From the NCBI RefSeq assembly GCF_011745625.1, contig NW_027191452.1, forward strand, positions 620,001 to 684,000: a stretch of 64,000 nucleotides of DNA. The letters are read 5' to 3'. Origin of the DNA: Cladosporium halotolerans. Its lineage: Eukaryota. Under the pieces are notes generated by a model that saw only the letters and a program-made list of their open reading frames with translations, ran no database searches and had not been told where the DNA came from. This document shows positions 50,182 to 62,549 of the stretch, piece by piece (the first letter of the stretch is position 1; every line of letters starts with the position of its first letter). A program made the translations under genes and the position numbers.

Positions 50182-51344
50182 TCACTCTTGTTGTAAATCC
50201 CACTTTCTGGAGAACCAGTCTGCGAAAGACACCACTTGAACGCCTGGAAAGGCGGCATTGAGGTTTCGTTGTGAAAAATCGTATCTTCCTTCGACAGTCG
50301 CAATGAGTTCATGCAACCTCATCCTCCGAATCCAGTCTCGTCTTGTTCCGGCAGTGGCCAGCTCTGCGCGCAATGTATTCAGATTGTGCATGAGGCGAGG
50401 CTGAAACTTTTGCTCTAACAAACACATCAGTATTTTATCGATAGAAGAGAATCATCAAGAGTAGCTTACTTTTGAGTCGTTCGACGAGGATGGCTAGGTT
50501 ATGGACCGTGATTCTCTCACCAACCATGTGTAGCTCCGCCGGCCACGTCGGAAGGCTAAGTGCTTTAGTGACGAAGTTGGCGACGTCTCGGACGGAGGTC
50601 ATGCATATCGTCACATTTGCTCGATTGCCCAGTCCGAGAGCTGGCAGCTCTGCGCTCATTCTAGCGCAATCCAATATGTATGTGCCTTCTCCGTGATAGC
50701 CGGTGTTCAGAGCTATCAGTGATTGAGGAAGTCCTCCTGGCTGAAATCGCTCATAAAATACGCCGCATATGAAGACCGTAGATTGGATGCTACTTTGGTA
50801 GTATTGAAGCCAGTAGCGTGCGCTTGCCCGAGAACGGTCGAGCGGATCGTTTTGCGACCTAAACTGCGGCGGTCCCTCAAACTCTGCAGGAGCAAAGCGT
50901 CGGACTCGTGATGAGACAGCAGCTTTGATGAGTTGTATCTGGTTGGGTCCGGTCACCGTTGATATCACGGTGTCGATGCCGCGGAGAGCGAATCTGAGGT
51001 CTTCTGCGTCGCTGTAGTCCACAACAACGACCTGGAATCCGCGATTGGTAAGCCCAGGTTTCTCCTGTGATCAAGTCAGTGGGAAGTGGCTAAAGGGTAT
51101 GCAGAAGTACTTGAAGAGTTACTGGTGCTCACGGTGAGGCAGAAGAGAACGAGGGCGGAGATAGAAAGGAGATGTTCAAGACGATGCGAGCAAAAAAAAA
51201 AAGACTTTGAAATCAGTCATTATCAATTTGACTTCAGCGACTTACCGCTCGTGAAAGGAGTACCACGCTATGATTCGTCCCCTCAACGATGAAATACGCA
51301 ATGAGACGTGCAAGACCTCCAGTTCCAGCCACGGCGACTCGCAT
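50182..51344 (-). CDS. NmrA-like / isoflavone reductase-family NAD(P)-binding protein; introns 51065-51245, 50415-50469
   Basis: Exon 1 MRVAVAGTGGLARLIA (Rossmann start), then VVDYSD..L..AL.GIDTVIS, LI.AA..VRRFAPAEF and TS..DVA.FV. Confidence 0.85.
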
Positions 51345-53367
51345 TGTGGGCATATTTGGGGCGAATTGGTCGAGCTTGTCGCAACATTAGCGGCGTTTCA
51401 ATCATGTGGCTTAGTATGTTTGCTTGCTGCAGTGTAAAGAATATCATGCGTTGGACGCATATCATAGATAGTCACTATAATTGACGAGCAGATGTATGTC
51501 ACGACAACCCAGCATTTACTGCGTGATAACCCAGCCTTTACTGATGTCTCAAAAGAGAAAGAGCTCAGTCGAATCAGCGTTGCGAGAAGGCCAGGCCACA
51601 GTGTAGGTCTCACGACTTGGCACTATCCCCGGAAAGGCCTTCAATCCGACTCACTTGAAAAGTACCACGTCTGTCTAGCCCCGGACTTGCCTCGCGTGAA
51701 CGCATTATGATTCGCATGGGCTAGGGCTTGGTGAAAGTAAATGTACGGGCTGGGGCCTAGTGGATGAGCCAATGGGAACTCGATCTTCCTGGAACGACCG
51801 GGCAAAGTTGCGATACCGGTCTGAAATATGCCGAGCTACCATGCTTGTCCAGTAAAGACTTAATCTCCAAAAGTACGCGGTACTTCAGATGACTAAGGTT
51901 TGGCGTCCCTGGAGCCAGTTTCAAATTGCGTGGCCAATGGATGTCGGAGCACGAGCGCTTATCGTGCAAACGATCTCGGAGATCTACCTCTTGTCGTCAG
52001 AGACGGCAGCCAAGGATCGTACGTCAAATCGTCAAGACCGGGCTATCGGACCGGGGTTGGCCAACTGACGAGCTTTTAGACGCTGGCAATTGACCGGATC
52101 TCCAGCCGCGGCTGTTTTCTGTAGTCATTCTTCGGGGTTCGATGTGCAAATCCACGACGAGACCAGCCCGCAGGCTGGGATTGTCAGCTTCATGCAAGAT
52201 TTTCCTCCGGTTGATTTAGCTGAAAAAAGTAATTCCTGTCCACAGATAGAGTTCCGGAAAGGTCACGCGAGAGCCACGTGAGAGATCAAATGCTCTGGAC
52301 AAGGTGAGTTTCGCATGATTTGCTTGCCCTATCAATAGTAAATAGCTTTAAGTCGAATCTCAAATTGATGCTAGAGGCTTTTGATGGCCAGATCCTCAAA
52401 TGGTAGACAGGCGACCTTGCAAGCACATGCTAGCGCATGCCAGGAGCGCGACGCAGTCATCGAAGGTGCCTCAGTAAGCCAGGTAGAACGCTGTTCGCCG
52501 GACCATTCGCAGAAGTGACATCTAGCAACCGGTGAGCTCCTGCATGTCAGTTGCGCAAGCGCCGATCATTACCGACAACGGAAGTAAGGCTGGGAGCCTT
52601 GGTATGCCTTCGTCGGCGGCCACGGACGTCTGATCCATCTGCGGCTGAGTGAAAGGAGCAGTTCTACGTCAAGCATTGTGAAAAGCTCCAGGCTGACTGG
52701 CAATGCCGGAGCTGTGCCTTTCAGGAAATGGAGATTCTCTTTAGAACCGAGCTAACCGCAGGCGACACAGACTGGTCGCGCGTGGATGAAGGGTTTGCCC
52801 ATGCATGCGTGCAACACGAAACGCAACGTGACAACACGTGCCTCCTGGGTGACAAAACAGTCTTGAATCGCTCAGGTAATGTTTCCGGTTAGTTCCAAGC
52901 GCTTTTGCATAAGAAAGCAACCCTGGGTACCTTATGCAGACAGGACAGCGAGGAGAGAAGAATGCTGAAGCAGAGCGGTGGACTAATGATTAGATTGGAG
53001 TGATAAGATAAGAGACCCGAGTCATGTGATCTGGAGGTCTTTTCGTGATACGGCCCTCTGATTGGGGCGGCTACCTAGTACACGCATGGCTGTAACACGT
53101 GCTCGCAAAAAACGACGAGCGTCCCGAAAGTGCTGTCAGCGACATGGCCATATAGATACTGCATTTGTAACGCCATGTCATTTGTTTAGCTCGTCCTCAT
53201 GTGCAGGATTGGGGGAATGTTGTGGAGTGGTCCCAGCTCTCGCGTTTGTAAGGTGTCGGCTAGTGCCCGCTTGTCGCGTCACTGACCATCTGCTCTCGAC
53301 GCGACTGGGGCATATACCTCCACCGACCTTCGCGCGCCTGCTCAGTCGCGTACTCCATTCACACACT

Positions 53368-55159
53368 ATGAGCATGGATCTTCCGACGGAGACCGGCGAA
53401 CCTGGTCCTGCCAATTCCGGTGCACCATCCAGTCCTGGACATTATGCGTTCCTCAACCACTCTACCTCCACAGTACCGCACAACCTACCGCCCAAAGCAG
53501 ACAACAAGCCTTTGGTTAGACAGAAAAGAAAGAGGACTAGGTATATAAGACGAACACTTGGGACAAGACAGGACAGCATCTAACAGGCTCCCCAGCGCTG
53601 AGGATCAAGCAATTCTGGAGGAGGCATACAAACGCGACCCAAAGCCCGACAAGGCGGCGCGTCAGACGCTCGTGAACCAAGTCGCGCTCGGCGAGAAAGA
53701 AGTCCAGGTAGGCTTGAAGGGCGCATAATCGCGACGACTGCTGTTTATTCATCGTTGCTGACACACTGTGTGCAAGATTTGGTTCCAAAACAGACGCCAA
53801 AGCTCTCGTCGAAAGGCCCGCCCACTTCTTCCTCATGAGGTAGCTCAGTATCAGGCTTCGCGTGCAGCAGCCGCATCTTCGTTCCCTGCCCCCTTCACTG
53901 CCCCAAATTATGGCAGCGACGATAGCAATGCCACTATACCCGATGAGAGCCTGTCCGAGAATCAGCAACACAGCACACCTCCACCTCCCTCATTACCAAG
54001 GGCGCCTCCAGGACCTAGCTTCGAAGATAGCTATGACGCTCGAGCAGCAAATCTTGCTGAGACACCATCTGTTGGTCAATCAGCTCTGGCTGCTTATCAC
54101 GCCTTTCGATCTGATTCCTCCGGTCGGCAGATTCCCCAAAGCGCTGCCAATTACGGCTATCTGGCAAACAAACGCCGTGCATCGTCTTTCAGAGACGACC
54201 GTGAACACTCCGAATACATGCCTTCACGCGAGCAGACGCGCGGTGAAGATGCAGACCGCCGCCTAAGGAAGTCTTCCTCGTTCGTTCGTCTCTCGATGAC
54301 TTCAGAGGGAGCAGCCAAGGTTGTGACCAAAGACAGTACCTCCCCGTCGCCGCCACGTCCTTCACAACAGTCCGAGCCAGCCTTCAACATGAGCCAGGGC
54401 TCAGGTGTCTCATCATTAGATCTAGCGCGGACATCCCGCGATGGGGCCGCAAGCTCTTTACGACGATCTCTCAGTGGCCGATCGCGTGACTCCAGAGCCT
54501 GGGAGTTTTGGTGCGACAAGGAGTCGAGAGCTGAACGCGAAGAGAAAGCCGAGAAGGATGGCAATGGTTCAGCAGCTGACGCCATTGGTCTTATTCGAGC
54601 TAACTCTGGCAGAAGGGTCTTGGGGTCTCTGCCAGCGAAGCGGAACGCCACCCTGACAAAGCAGCATTCCGCGAAGCGCACCAAGCTGGACCATCCAAGA
54701 CCTTCACTGCAAAGGTCAAGCACCTCTGCAGGCAGGCTGCAGCATGGGTCAGAGACAATTGGCAAGCCGGCGTTGAAGCTCAAATATTCCGAGTCTGGCG
54801 CGTCTATCCATATTCCAGGCAATGATTCGGACAAAGAGAATTGGTCGCCAGAAAGAGTTCTCGGGCCATCATCGCAACCCGCGATGGGTTCCAGAGGAGG
54901 GCCGCATAGCCGCCACGGAAGGAGTGTGCTTGGTGAAAGCCGGGTTTCAGGCAATTCGGTCAGGGCAACAAGAACAGAAAAGAGGCCTCCTCAGACGCCT
55001 CGGGCGCGAGCAGCAACAGACAGAGTGACTGATCCCGATCAAGATCCTGAGCTAGCGGCCTTTATGCGTGAGCATCGCAAGAGCAGCAGCATCTCTGGCG
55101 AAGAAGAGTTGGATTGCGTGCAGGGTCTTCTGTCTCTGAGCCAAGGAAGATGGCCGTGA
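53368..55159 (+). CDS. YOX1: Homeobox transcription factor, Yox1/Yhp1-like; introns 53541-53595, 53708-53776
   Basis: Spliced homeodomain RQKRKRT|SAEDQAILEEAY..PKPDK..EKEVQ|IWFQNRRQ; also DSDKEN and C-terminal EELDCVQGLLSLSQG.W. Confidence 0.82.
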
Positions 55160-55811
55160 GTAACAGCGCAGCGCATGTTTGTCTGGAGAAACAACCTTCT
55201 TGTACATACACGAATAAACAACAAAACTTGTTTTGACGATGATGCGACCGCGGACTTATAGCTGGCGCAGCACTTCATTTCGCTTTCAACGTGCCGGTTC
55301 ACGGACTTCCGAGCAAAAGGGTCCGAGCGCCGTGAGAGCCACTGATACACCGTTGCTTGCAGCGCACGTGTAGCCACGGTTTGATGCCGTTTATAGTCGA
55401 AATGTGAATCGAGAATAGCGGTTTTGGAGTGAAGTCAGATGCGTACAACACTGAACCAACTTGGACCGATAGGCGAGATGTAAGGCTCAGGAGTAGCCAA
55501 GCCTCCAGGTAGGACAGCCAGGATAGGTCGTCCGTATCTGCCGAACATAGCCTCGCAGATGTTAGCTCGCGCCGACCGACTCATCATCCCGATGAAAACA
55601 ATTCGTGAACACCTGAATGTTCTCGTGCTTGAGTGCTTGGTGTCGCCGCCTCACGCCTAGGACTGACGGGCTGCGGGCCATGGAAGGAAGCCCGAACACC
55701 CCGTACCGCGCCTCTGGTGGCAACTTGAAGTCTCGCATCATACAAGATCTACATCAGAGGACGGCCTACTCCAGCCAGCCCAGTAATAGCAAGTCCGCAC
55801 TGCATTCAAAC

Positions 55812-57453
55812 ATGCCAAAATCAAAACAGCTGAACGTCGGTATTGTCGGTGCTGGATTTGCGGGACTGCGATGCGCCGACGTGTTATTGCAGCATGGAGT
55901 CAATGTCACCATTTTGGAGGCCCGCAACAGACTTGGCGGGCGAGTAGGCCAGAGCTGGCATCTTGGACACCCAGTCGATCTGTACGTCGATGGTTCCCTT
56001 AGGTGCACGATATCTGGTGGAAATGAACGCTGACGTGGACTTTAGAGGCCCCAATTGGATACACGGCACCGACGACAATCCAATCATGCAAATTGCCAGA
56101 GACACGAAGACGGCGCTGCATGCCTGGGACGAGGAACAAGTGGTAATAGACTCGACCGGGAAGCCCCTCAGTGCGCGAGAAGCCGGTGAATTTGGGCGAA
56201 TTCTTTGGGACGATGGCTTGATAGCTGCAGCGTTCAAGTATAGCAACGAGCACCACAAGTCGATACCAGCTTCGACCAGCTTGTATGATTTCTTTGTCGA
56301 GAAGTCGAAGGAACTTTTCACGGATCTACCAGAGGCTGAAGCCGAGCGGAAACGTAAGACGCTACTGCAAACAGTGTCGATGTGGGGAGCCTATGTTGGC
56401 AGCCCGGTGCAGCGTCAGAGCTTGAAGTTCTTCTGGTTGGAAGAATGCATTGAGGGTGAGAATCCGTTTGTCGCTGGGACCTACGAAAGGATTCTCGATG
56501 CGGTGGCGAAGACGGCGAGAGAGAAGGCCAAGATAATGTACGACACAAAGGTAGTTGGGATTCGATCAGACGACAGAAGTACAGAAGCTCGAGTAAAGCC
56601 AGTCGTGCAGACAGCAGATGGACGCGAGCTACAATTCGACGAAGTAGTTTGCACGATGCCACTTGGATGGCTGAAGCGGAATGAGGCTGCCTTCCATCCG
56701 CCATTGGAGCCTCGCCTCGCCAAAGCAATATCCAGCATAGGCTACGGCACTCTCGACAAGGTCTATATCACGTTCCCGGAGGCCTTCTGGGATAGGTCAT
56801 CATCGACCTACTCAGCTGTTCAGGCTCTCGATCCCCAGAGCAAGACACCGAATGTCACAGCAACAACGCAGCCGCTACACCAGGTGTCCTCGCAGACCTC
56901 AGAGCCGTCCGAACATTACGCAGGATTCACTCACTGGTTGGCTCCAGAATATGCCCGAGAAACCAATCCGGATAACTGGGACCAGCAGGGTGCCAACCTC
57001 GCTGCTCTTCCAGATGGAACTGCTCACCCGACCCTCCTCTATTACATCTACGGCCCATGTGCGACACACATAGCCTCTCTCGTGAGGGACACGCCGCCCG
57101 AAAAGCGGGACGCCGTTCTCATTGATTGCTTCAGGCCCTACTTCTCCAAGCTACCAAACTATGAAGTCTCACGTCCAGGATGCAGTCCGTCCGGCATCCT
57201 GGCCACGGCTTGGGCGAACGACGAGTTCGCCGGCTATGGCAGCTACTCCAATTTCCAGGTCGGGCTGGAAGAGGGCGACGAGGACATTGAGACGATGAGG
57301 CGCGGAATGCCAGAACGTGGTATTTGGCTCGCAGGCGAACACACGGCGCCTTTCATTGCGCTTGGTACAAGTACTGGGGCTTACTGGTCGGGGGAAGGCG
57401 TTGGACAGAGAATATTGAAGGTATATGAACTGGAGACAAATGGTCAGATATAG
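55812..57453 (+). CDS. Flavin-containing amine/polyamine oxidase; intron 55982-56045; upstream in-frame ATGs at 55617 and 55680
   Basis: GIVGAGFAGL, ILEARNRLGGR, VDL|GPNWIHG, T.PLGWLK, GSYS and LAGEHTA..GAYWSG. Confidence 0.9.
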
Positions 57454-57654
57454 ATACGAAGATATACTAGCGCTGATTTGGTGGTGCGATACAATAAGCT
57501 TTTTGGATCTTGTCGAAACGTGTGCTCGTTACAAAGGCTATGAACTACAAGACGCCAGAGTGAGACTCAACATGCGCCGCTTGCCGACTAGGTCAAGCTT
57601 GGGAAATTACTTTAAACAATACAAGGGCCGTTACAAATTGTTTGGTCAGATGAC

Positions 57655-59384
57655 TTAGTGCTGGCTCCACTCAATCGTGTTGAGGTCCACACCCTCTTGA
57701 ACAAGCTCCCACAGCGGGCTCAGCTCGCGCAGGAACGTCACGCGCTCCCTCACGGCGTTGAGCACATAGTCGATCTCGGCGTCGGTGGTGAAGCGACCAA
57801 TTCCGAAGCGAATACTGGAGTGGGCGCTCTCGTCACTGCTGCCAAGCGCACGAAGCACGTAGGATGGTTCGAGCGATGCCGAAGTGCAAGCAGAACCGGA
57901 AGAGAGGGCGATGTCTTTCAGAGCCATGAGGAGGGATTCGCCCTCAACATAGGCAAATGAGACGTTGACGCAGCCTGGGTAGTGCATGGCGGGATCTCCG
58001 TTCAGGGAAGTGTGCTCCATGGCGAGAAGACCTTCAGTAAGGCGCTTAGAAAGCTGGGAAATGCGCTTGGTGTCGTACTGCAAGCGATGTCAGCGGTTGT
58101 TCAAATGATGCTTTGAAAACAAACGGTGTAGGTGCGCAAGATAGGAGGGTCATAACAGTTACGTGAGCTGTATCAGCAAACAAATCACCTGTCACAGTGC
58201 GACTCAGAAAGCCATGCATGTTGAAGCGTATAATCATTCGGGAAGGCGTGATGAGGGAAAAGGAGATGGCGACTTACATCCATCTCTTCCTGGCAAATCC
58301 GGGCAGCCTCACCGAAGCCGATGACAAGTGGCGGTGCGATGGTGCCTGATCTCAGACCTCTCTCTTGACCACCGCCAGAGATAATCGGGTCGATCCTGAC
58401 CCTGGGACGTCTTCGGACAAAGCAAGCACCAATACCCATGGGTCCGTAGATCTTGTGTCCAGAGATGGACATGAGGTCGACGTTCATCTTGTTCACATCC
58501 AGGGGGACTTTGCCGACAGCTTGGGCTCCATCGGTGTGGAAGAAAACCTTCTTGCTTCGGCACATCTTACCAATCTCCTCCAGAGGCTGGAGGACACCGA
58601 TTTCGTTGTTGACGGCCATGATGGAGACAAGGCAGGTCTCGGGTCTGATGGCCTTCTCCAAGTCTTCCATGTTGATCAGTCCGTTCTTCTGAACAGGGAG
58701 GTAAGTGACCTCGAAGCCTTCGTCCTGCAAATGCCTGCAGCTGTCCAGAACGCACTTGTGTTCAGTCTGGCAGGTAATGATGTGGTTCTTCTTGCCGGAC
58801 CTCTTAAAGAATCGTGCAACGCCCTTGATGCTCATGTTGTTGCTCTCGGTCGCACCCGATGTGAAAATGATCTCTTTAGGGTCTGCACCAATCAGCTTGG
58901 CAACGTTTGCGCGAGCTTGCTCTACGGCATTGTCGGTCTCCCAGCCGTACGCATGTGTCCGCGAATGTGGGTTGCCGTAGAGCCCGGTCAGGAAAGGTAG
59001 CATTGCATCAAGTACTCGGGGGTCCGTTGGTGTTGTGGCTTGCATGTCCATGTAGATTGGCCTTGTGCCCTCGTCCATTACAGTTGCTTGCTTCAAGATA
59101 CCGGCAGCAGGACTCATCATGGCGTCGGCATTCATGCCTGTAGTAGGCATTTCTGCATCTTTAGGCTTCGTGCCGGTCTCTGACAGGAAGGCCTTTTGGT
59201 CCTGCTTAATGGTCTGTTCGATTGTGGCGTTTTTGGGAGCCGACTCAGAGACGTATGTTCGTCGGCTTTTCGCGGCGATGCATGCTCGTGGCACCTGCTT
59301 CGCAAACGGATGCGAGGCTGTCGACAGCCTTCGCGAACACTGGCGAAGCGCCTGGCGCGCAACTGTGGGTGCAGTGCTAGACAT
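57655..59384 (-). CDS. NFS1: Mitochondrial cysteine desulfurase Nfs1; intron 58078-58277
   Basis: Arg/Ser-rich presequence, [37 protein letters not shown] (PLP Lys) and SSGSACTS (catalytic Cys). Confidence 0.97.
58170..58241 (-). ncRNA. Intronic box C/D snoRNA, predicted 18S rRNA 2'-O-methylation guide
   Basis: C box ATGATTA (58237-58231), D' CTGA (58207-58204), D CTGA (58176-58173). The 13-nt ACATGCATGGCTT upstream of D' is the perfect complement of conserved 18S AAGCCAUGCAUGU. It is in sense orientation within the longest intron I annotated. Confidence 0.78.
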
Positions 59385-59962
59385 GTTGGTATGGCGAAAG
59401 ATGGATTGATGGTGGTGACACCTAGGGGAGATAAAGTGAGATTGCTTGAGCGCTGCGGCGAAACAAAGGCTCGGTGATGCCATGCCAAGTCCGATCACGT
59501 GAGACTTGACAGCATCATTATTCAGCGAGCGGTTGCCTCTCCGAATGGATGCTTCCTTTGAAAGACTGGGGTCGATGACCCCACCATTACTATGGTATTA
59601 TAATGTTACCTTAACTAGTTACCATTTTACATGCTTTACTTGCAATCAAGGTAGCCTTCGCTCGTGCTTCGAAAGCCATTCACTCGCTTCAATAATAATT
59701 GCGATACCCTCATGCCATTTTCTCCTTGCGCAGCTTCCTCACTGCCTCCTCTGCGGCCTCCAAATCTGGCCCTAACAATGTGCAAGTTGAGAACCCATAC
59801 AGGGCAAAAAGATAACGACATCACGTTCTTCAATTGGAGCTGGTATCTCCCATTTGCAAAATGAACTTCCACGATTCTGTTCGACTGTATTCAGTTACCA
59901 TCAATTGAGGCACGACCATTGACCAAGCGATATGGATCACATACTTTCAAACTCAACGTAAA

Positions 59963-60044
59963 GCATTGGTGGTTTAGTGGTAAAATTGGCCGTTGCCATC
60001 TGAGCATAGTCGGCCAGCCCCGGGTTCGATTCCCGGCCGATGCA
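59963..60044 (+). tRNA. tRNA-Gly(GCC) with 11-nt intron (59999-60009)
   Basis: Acceptor GCATTGG/CCGATGC-A, A box TGGTTTAGTGG, anticodon stem GGCCG/CGGCC around TT-GCC-A, and T-arm CCGGG-TTCGATT-CCCGG. Confidence 0.93.
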
Positions 60045-60823
60045 TCTACTCGTGGCGCCTCAAGCGAGGCGTGGCAAAAGTTTTGTTTTACTGTCATACT
60101 GGAACACAGCCTCAGCTTTCCTCAGCTGTAAGGTATGGAGTAACAAGCGGCGATAGCATACTTGGAAGCTTTTCGCTATCCCAATACTCAACAGCTATGG
60201 TGAACCTTGGAACTTCAAGGACAGCGAATTGCAAGCCCAAAGCTCATGCGAATTGGATTAACACCCTCACTGTGGTCATGAGCTACGATGCTTCAAGGTC
60301 GGGCATATGTATCTACCTTGCCTTACAGGATGAACTGCTGCACAGCCCACGTCTGTATCATCTGTGCTTTTGCTGCCACAGCATGACGTCGTGCCAAGGC
60401 AATTCGCGATACCGAGGGGCAGGATCGCCAGTCGAAGTCTGGAAGATGCGACGACTGGCCGGCGTGGCCGGTGCGGCGACGTCGTGGCATGCTAGACACG
60501 TGCGACTTCACGGGGATTCGTTTTATCACTGCCTGCACCATAAGAGTTGTTCGCTCCCTTCCTCTCGGATGTGCAGCGTCCGCTCGCCACTTCACAACAA
60601 ACACAAATCGCGCGGCCAAGCCAGTGCCAGCTAAGCCACTGGTGCCGCGGTTCCGGAGACGGTGCAAACCCGCATACCCACTTCGGTGTTCAGCGCCAAA
60701 GCAAACCGACCGAAGCCAAACCAGGCTCACGACTCCTGCCCCTCACACAGTCATAACAACATCCTCGACACCAGGGCCTCACGAGACTCATAGCACCACA
60801 ACACCAATAACAGCTTCGCCATA

Positions 60824-62216
60824 ATGAGTTGGAAGGGCTTCCAGAAGGGCGCCACTAGGGTGCGATATGACTGCCTGGAGGTTGAGGAAAGCAGTGGCTG
60901 ACGATCGTCACAGGCGCCCCAGATGTTCAAACAGCGCTTCAACATGGGTGAGATCACCAAGGATGCAGTGTACATCGACGCAGAACGCAGGTTCCAAGAT
61001 CTCGAGACGGAAACCAAGAAGCTGCACGATGAGAGTGAGAAGTACTTCAAGTCCATTCTCGGCATGTTGGACCACCAGATTGGATTCGCCAAAGCCTGCG
61101 CGGAGATCTACAAACCTATATCGGGTCGTGCCAGTGATCCGGATTCCTATGTCATTGATGGGAACCCCGAAGGCATTCGTGCTTGCGAAGAGTACGAGAA
61201 CATCGTCAACGAGCTCAAGGCCAGCTTGTCGCCGGAGCTGGAAATGATTGAGTCACGCATTGTCAAGCCCGCCGACGAGCTCATGGAGATCATCAAGCAA
61301 GTCCGCAAGACCTGTAAGAAGCGAGACAACAAGCAGCTGGACTTTGACCGACACAACGCGACGCTCAAGAAGCTACAAGAGAAGAAAGACAAGAGTTTGA
61401 AGGACGAAAAGGCGCTCTACAAGGCGGAAAACGATGTCGAAATGGCGACGCAAGAGTACGAATACTTCAACAACCTCGTCAAGGAGGACCTCCCCATCTT
61501 GTTCCGCTTGGAGCGGGACTTCATTCAGCCTCTGTTCCAGAGTTTCTACTACATGCAGCTGAACGTGTTTTACACGCTCCATGAGACGATGCAAAGCATT
61601 GATATCGGCTACTTCAACCTGACGCTGGATATTGAGGCCGGGTTCGAGGAGAAGCGTGGAGACATCCAGGCACAGACTGAACAATTGTCTATCACCAAGT
61701 TCAAGACCACTGGTGGACCGCGAAAGCCCATGTCCAAATACGGTGCCAACAGACTTGAGAGCCCAAAGTCCAGGCTCGCCATTACGAACGGCTCTGCATC
61801 TTCATCTCCTAGCAGAAGGCAGACTACTGACACTCTGGAGCCCGGACCCCCGCCTTATTCCCCCGACGGGTCTACTGATATCACGCGTGCGAACAGCACT
61901 GGCAGTCAATGGGCATCTGCCGCTAAGTCGAAGGCAGCTCCTCCGCCGCCCAAGCCCAAGCCTGGTCGTCTCTCCGCTTTGCCCGCTGCAGAGACAGTAA
62001 CTGCGCTCTACGACTACGAAGCCCAAGCTGACGGCGACCTGTCGTTCAGCGCCGGTGACATCATTGAGATTGTCCAAAGGACCGCGAACGAGAATGAATG
62101 GTGGAGCGGCAAGCTCGATGGCAGACAAGGCCAATTTCCTGGTGAGTTCCTTCACCTTTTGAAAATCAAGGATTCATGCTGACGACTAGCCAGGCAATTA
62201 TGTGCAGCTAAACTAA
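60824..62216 (+). CDS. RVS167: Amphiphysin Rvs167 (N-BAR plus SH3); introns 60860-60913, 62142-62193
   Basis: MSWKGFQKGATR|APQMFK, FQSFYYMQLNVFY and SH3 ALYDYEAQADGDLSF..EWW.G..GQFP|GNYVQL. Confidence 0.95.
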
Positions 62217-62549
62217 ACGACTCTGACCGCACTGCTCAAGCATGTCCGTTTCGACACGTCTGATGTGAGCGACATCTGCATCAGCACATCCTTTTAATCA
62301 TCTTCGTGTCATTCATCTTGCATGGCTTCTTGGATAATGTCTATAGTATTTCGAAGTAAGGACGTCTGCAAATCACATAGTCATCGAAGATCTCAAAGCC
62401 ACTCACCGCACAATCTTCTGTCTTTGCGCGGCATGTAGCTTCCAAGAATGTATGGATACGTAAAAACAGCAACGTAACTTCTCAATTTGAGTTGGGTATC
62501 AAACTCCCTACAGACTATGCCTCCTCATGCAACGCATCGGTCAATCAAT

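Noticed and set aside
52300..52880. Splice-like signals suggesting a spliced non-coding transcript between NmrA and YOX1
   Set aside because: Isolated donor and acceptor matches with no coherent ORF or embedded RNA; not supportable without RNA data.
62187..62193. Alternative TAG acceptor in the last RVS167 intron giving a frame containing AKL
   Set aside because: The TAG is very close to the branch point, and AKL is not followed by a stop, so no PTS1 results.
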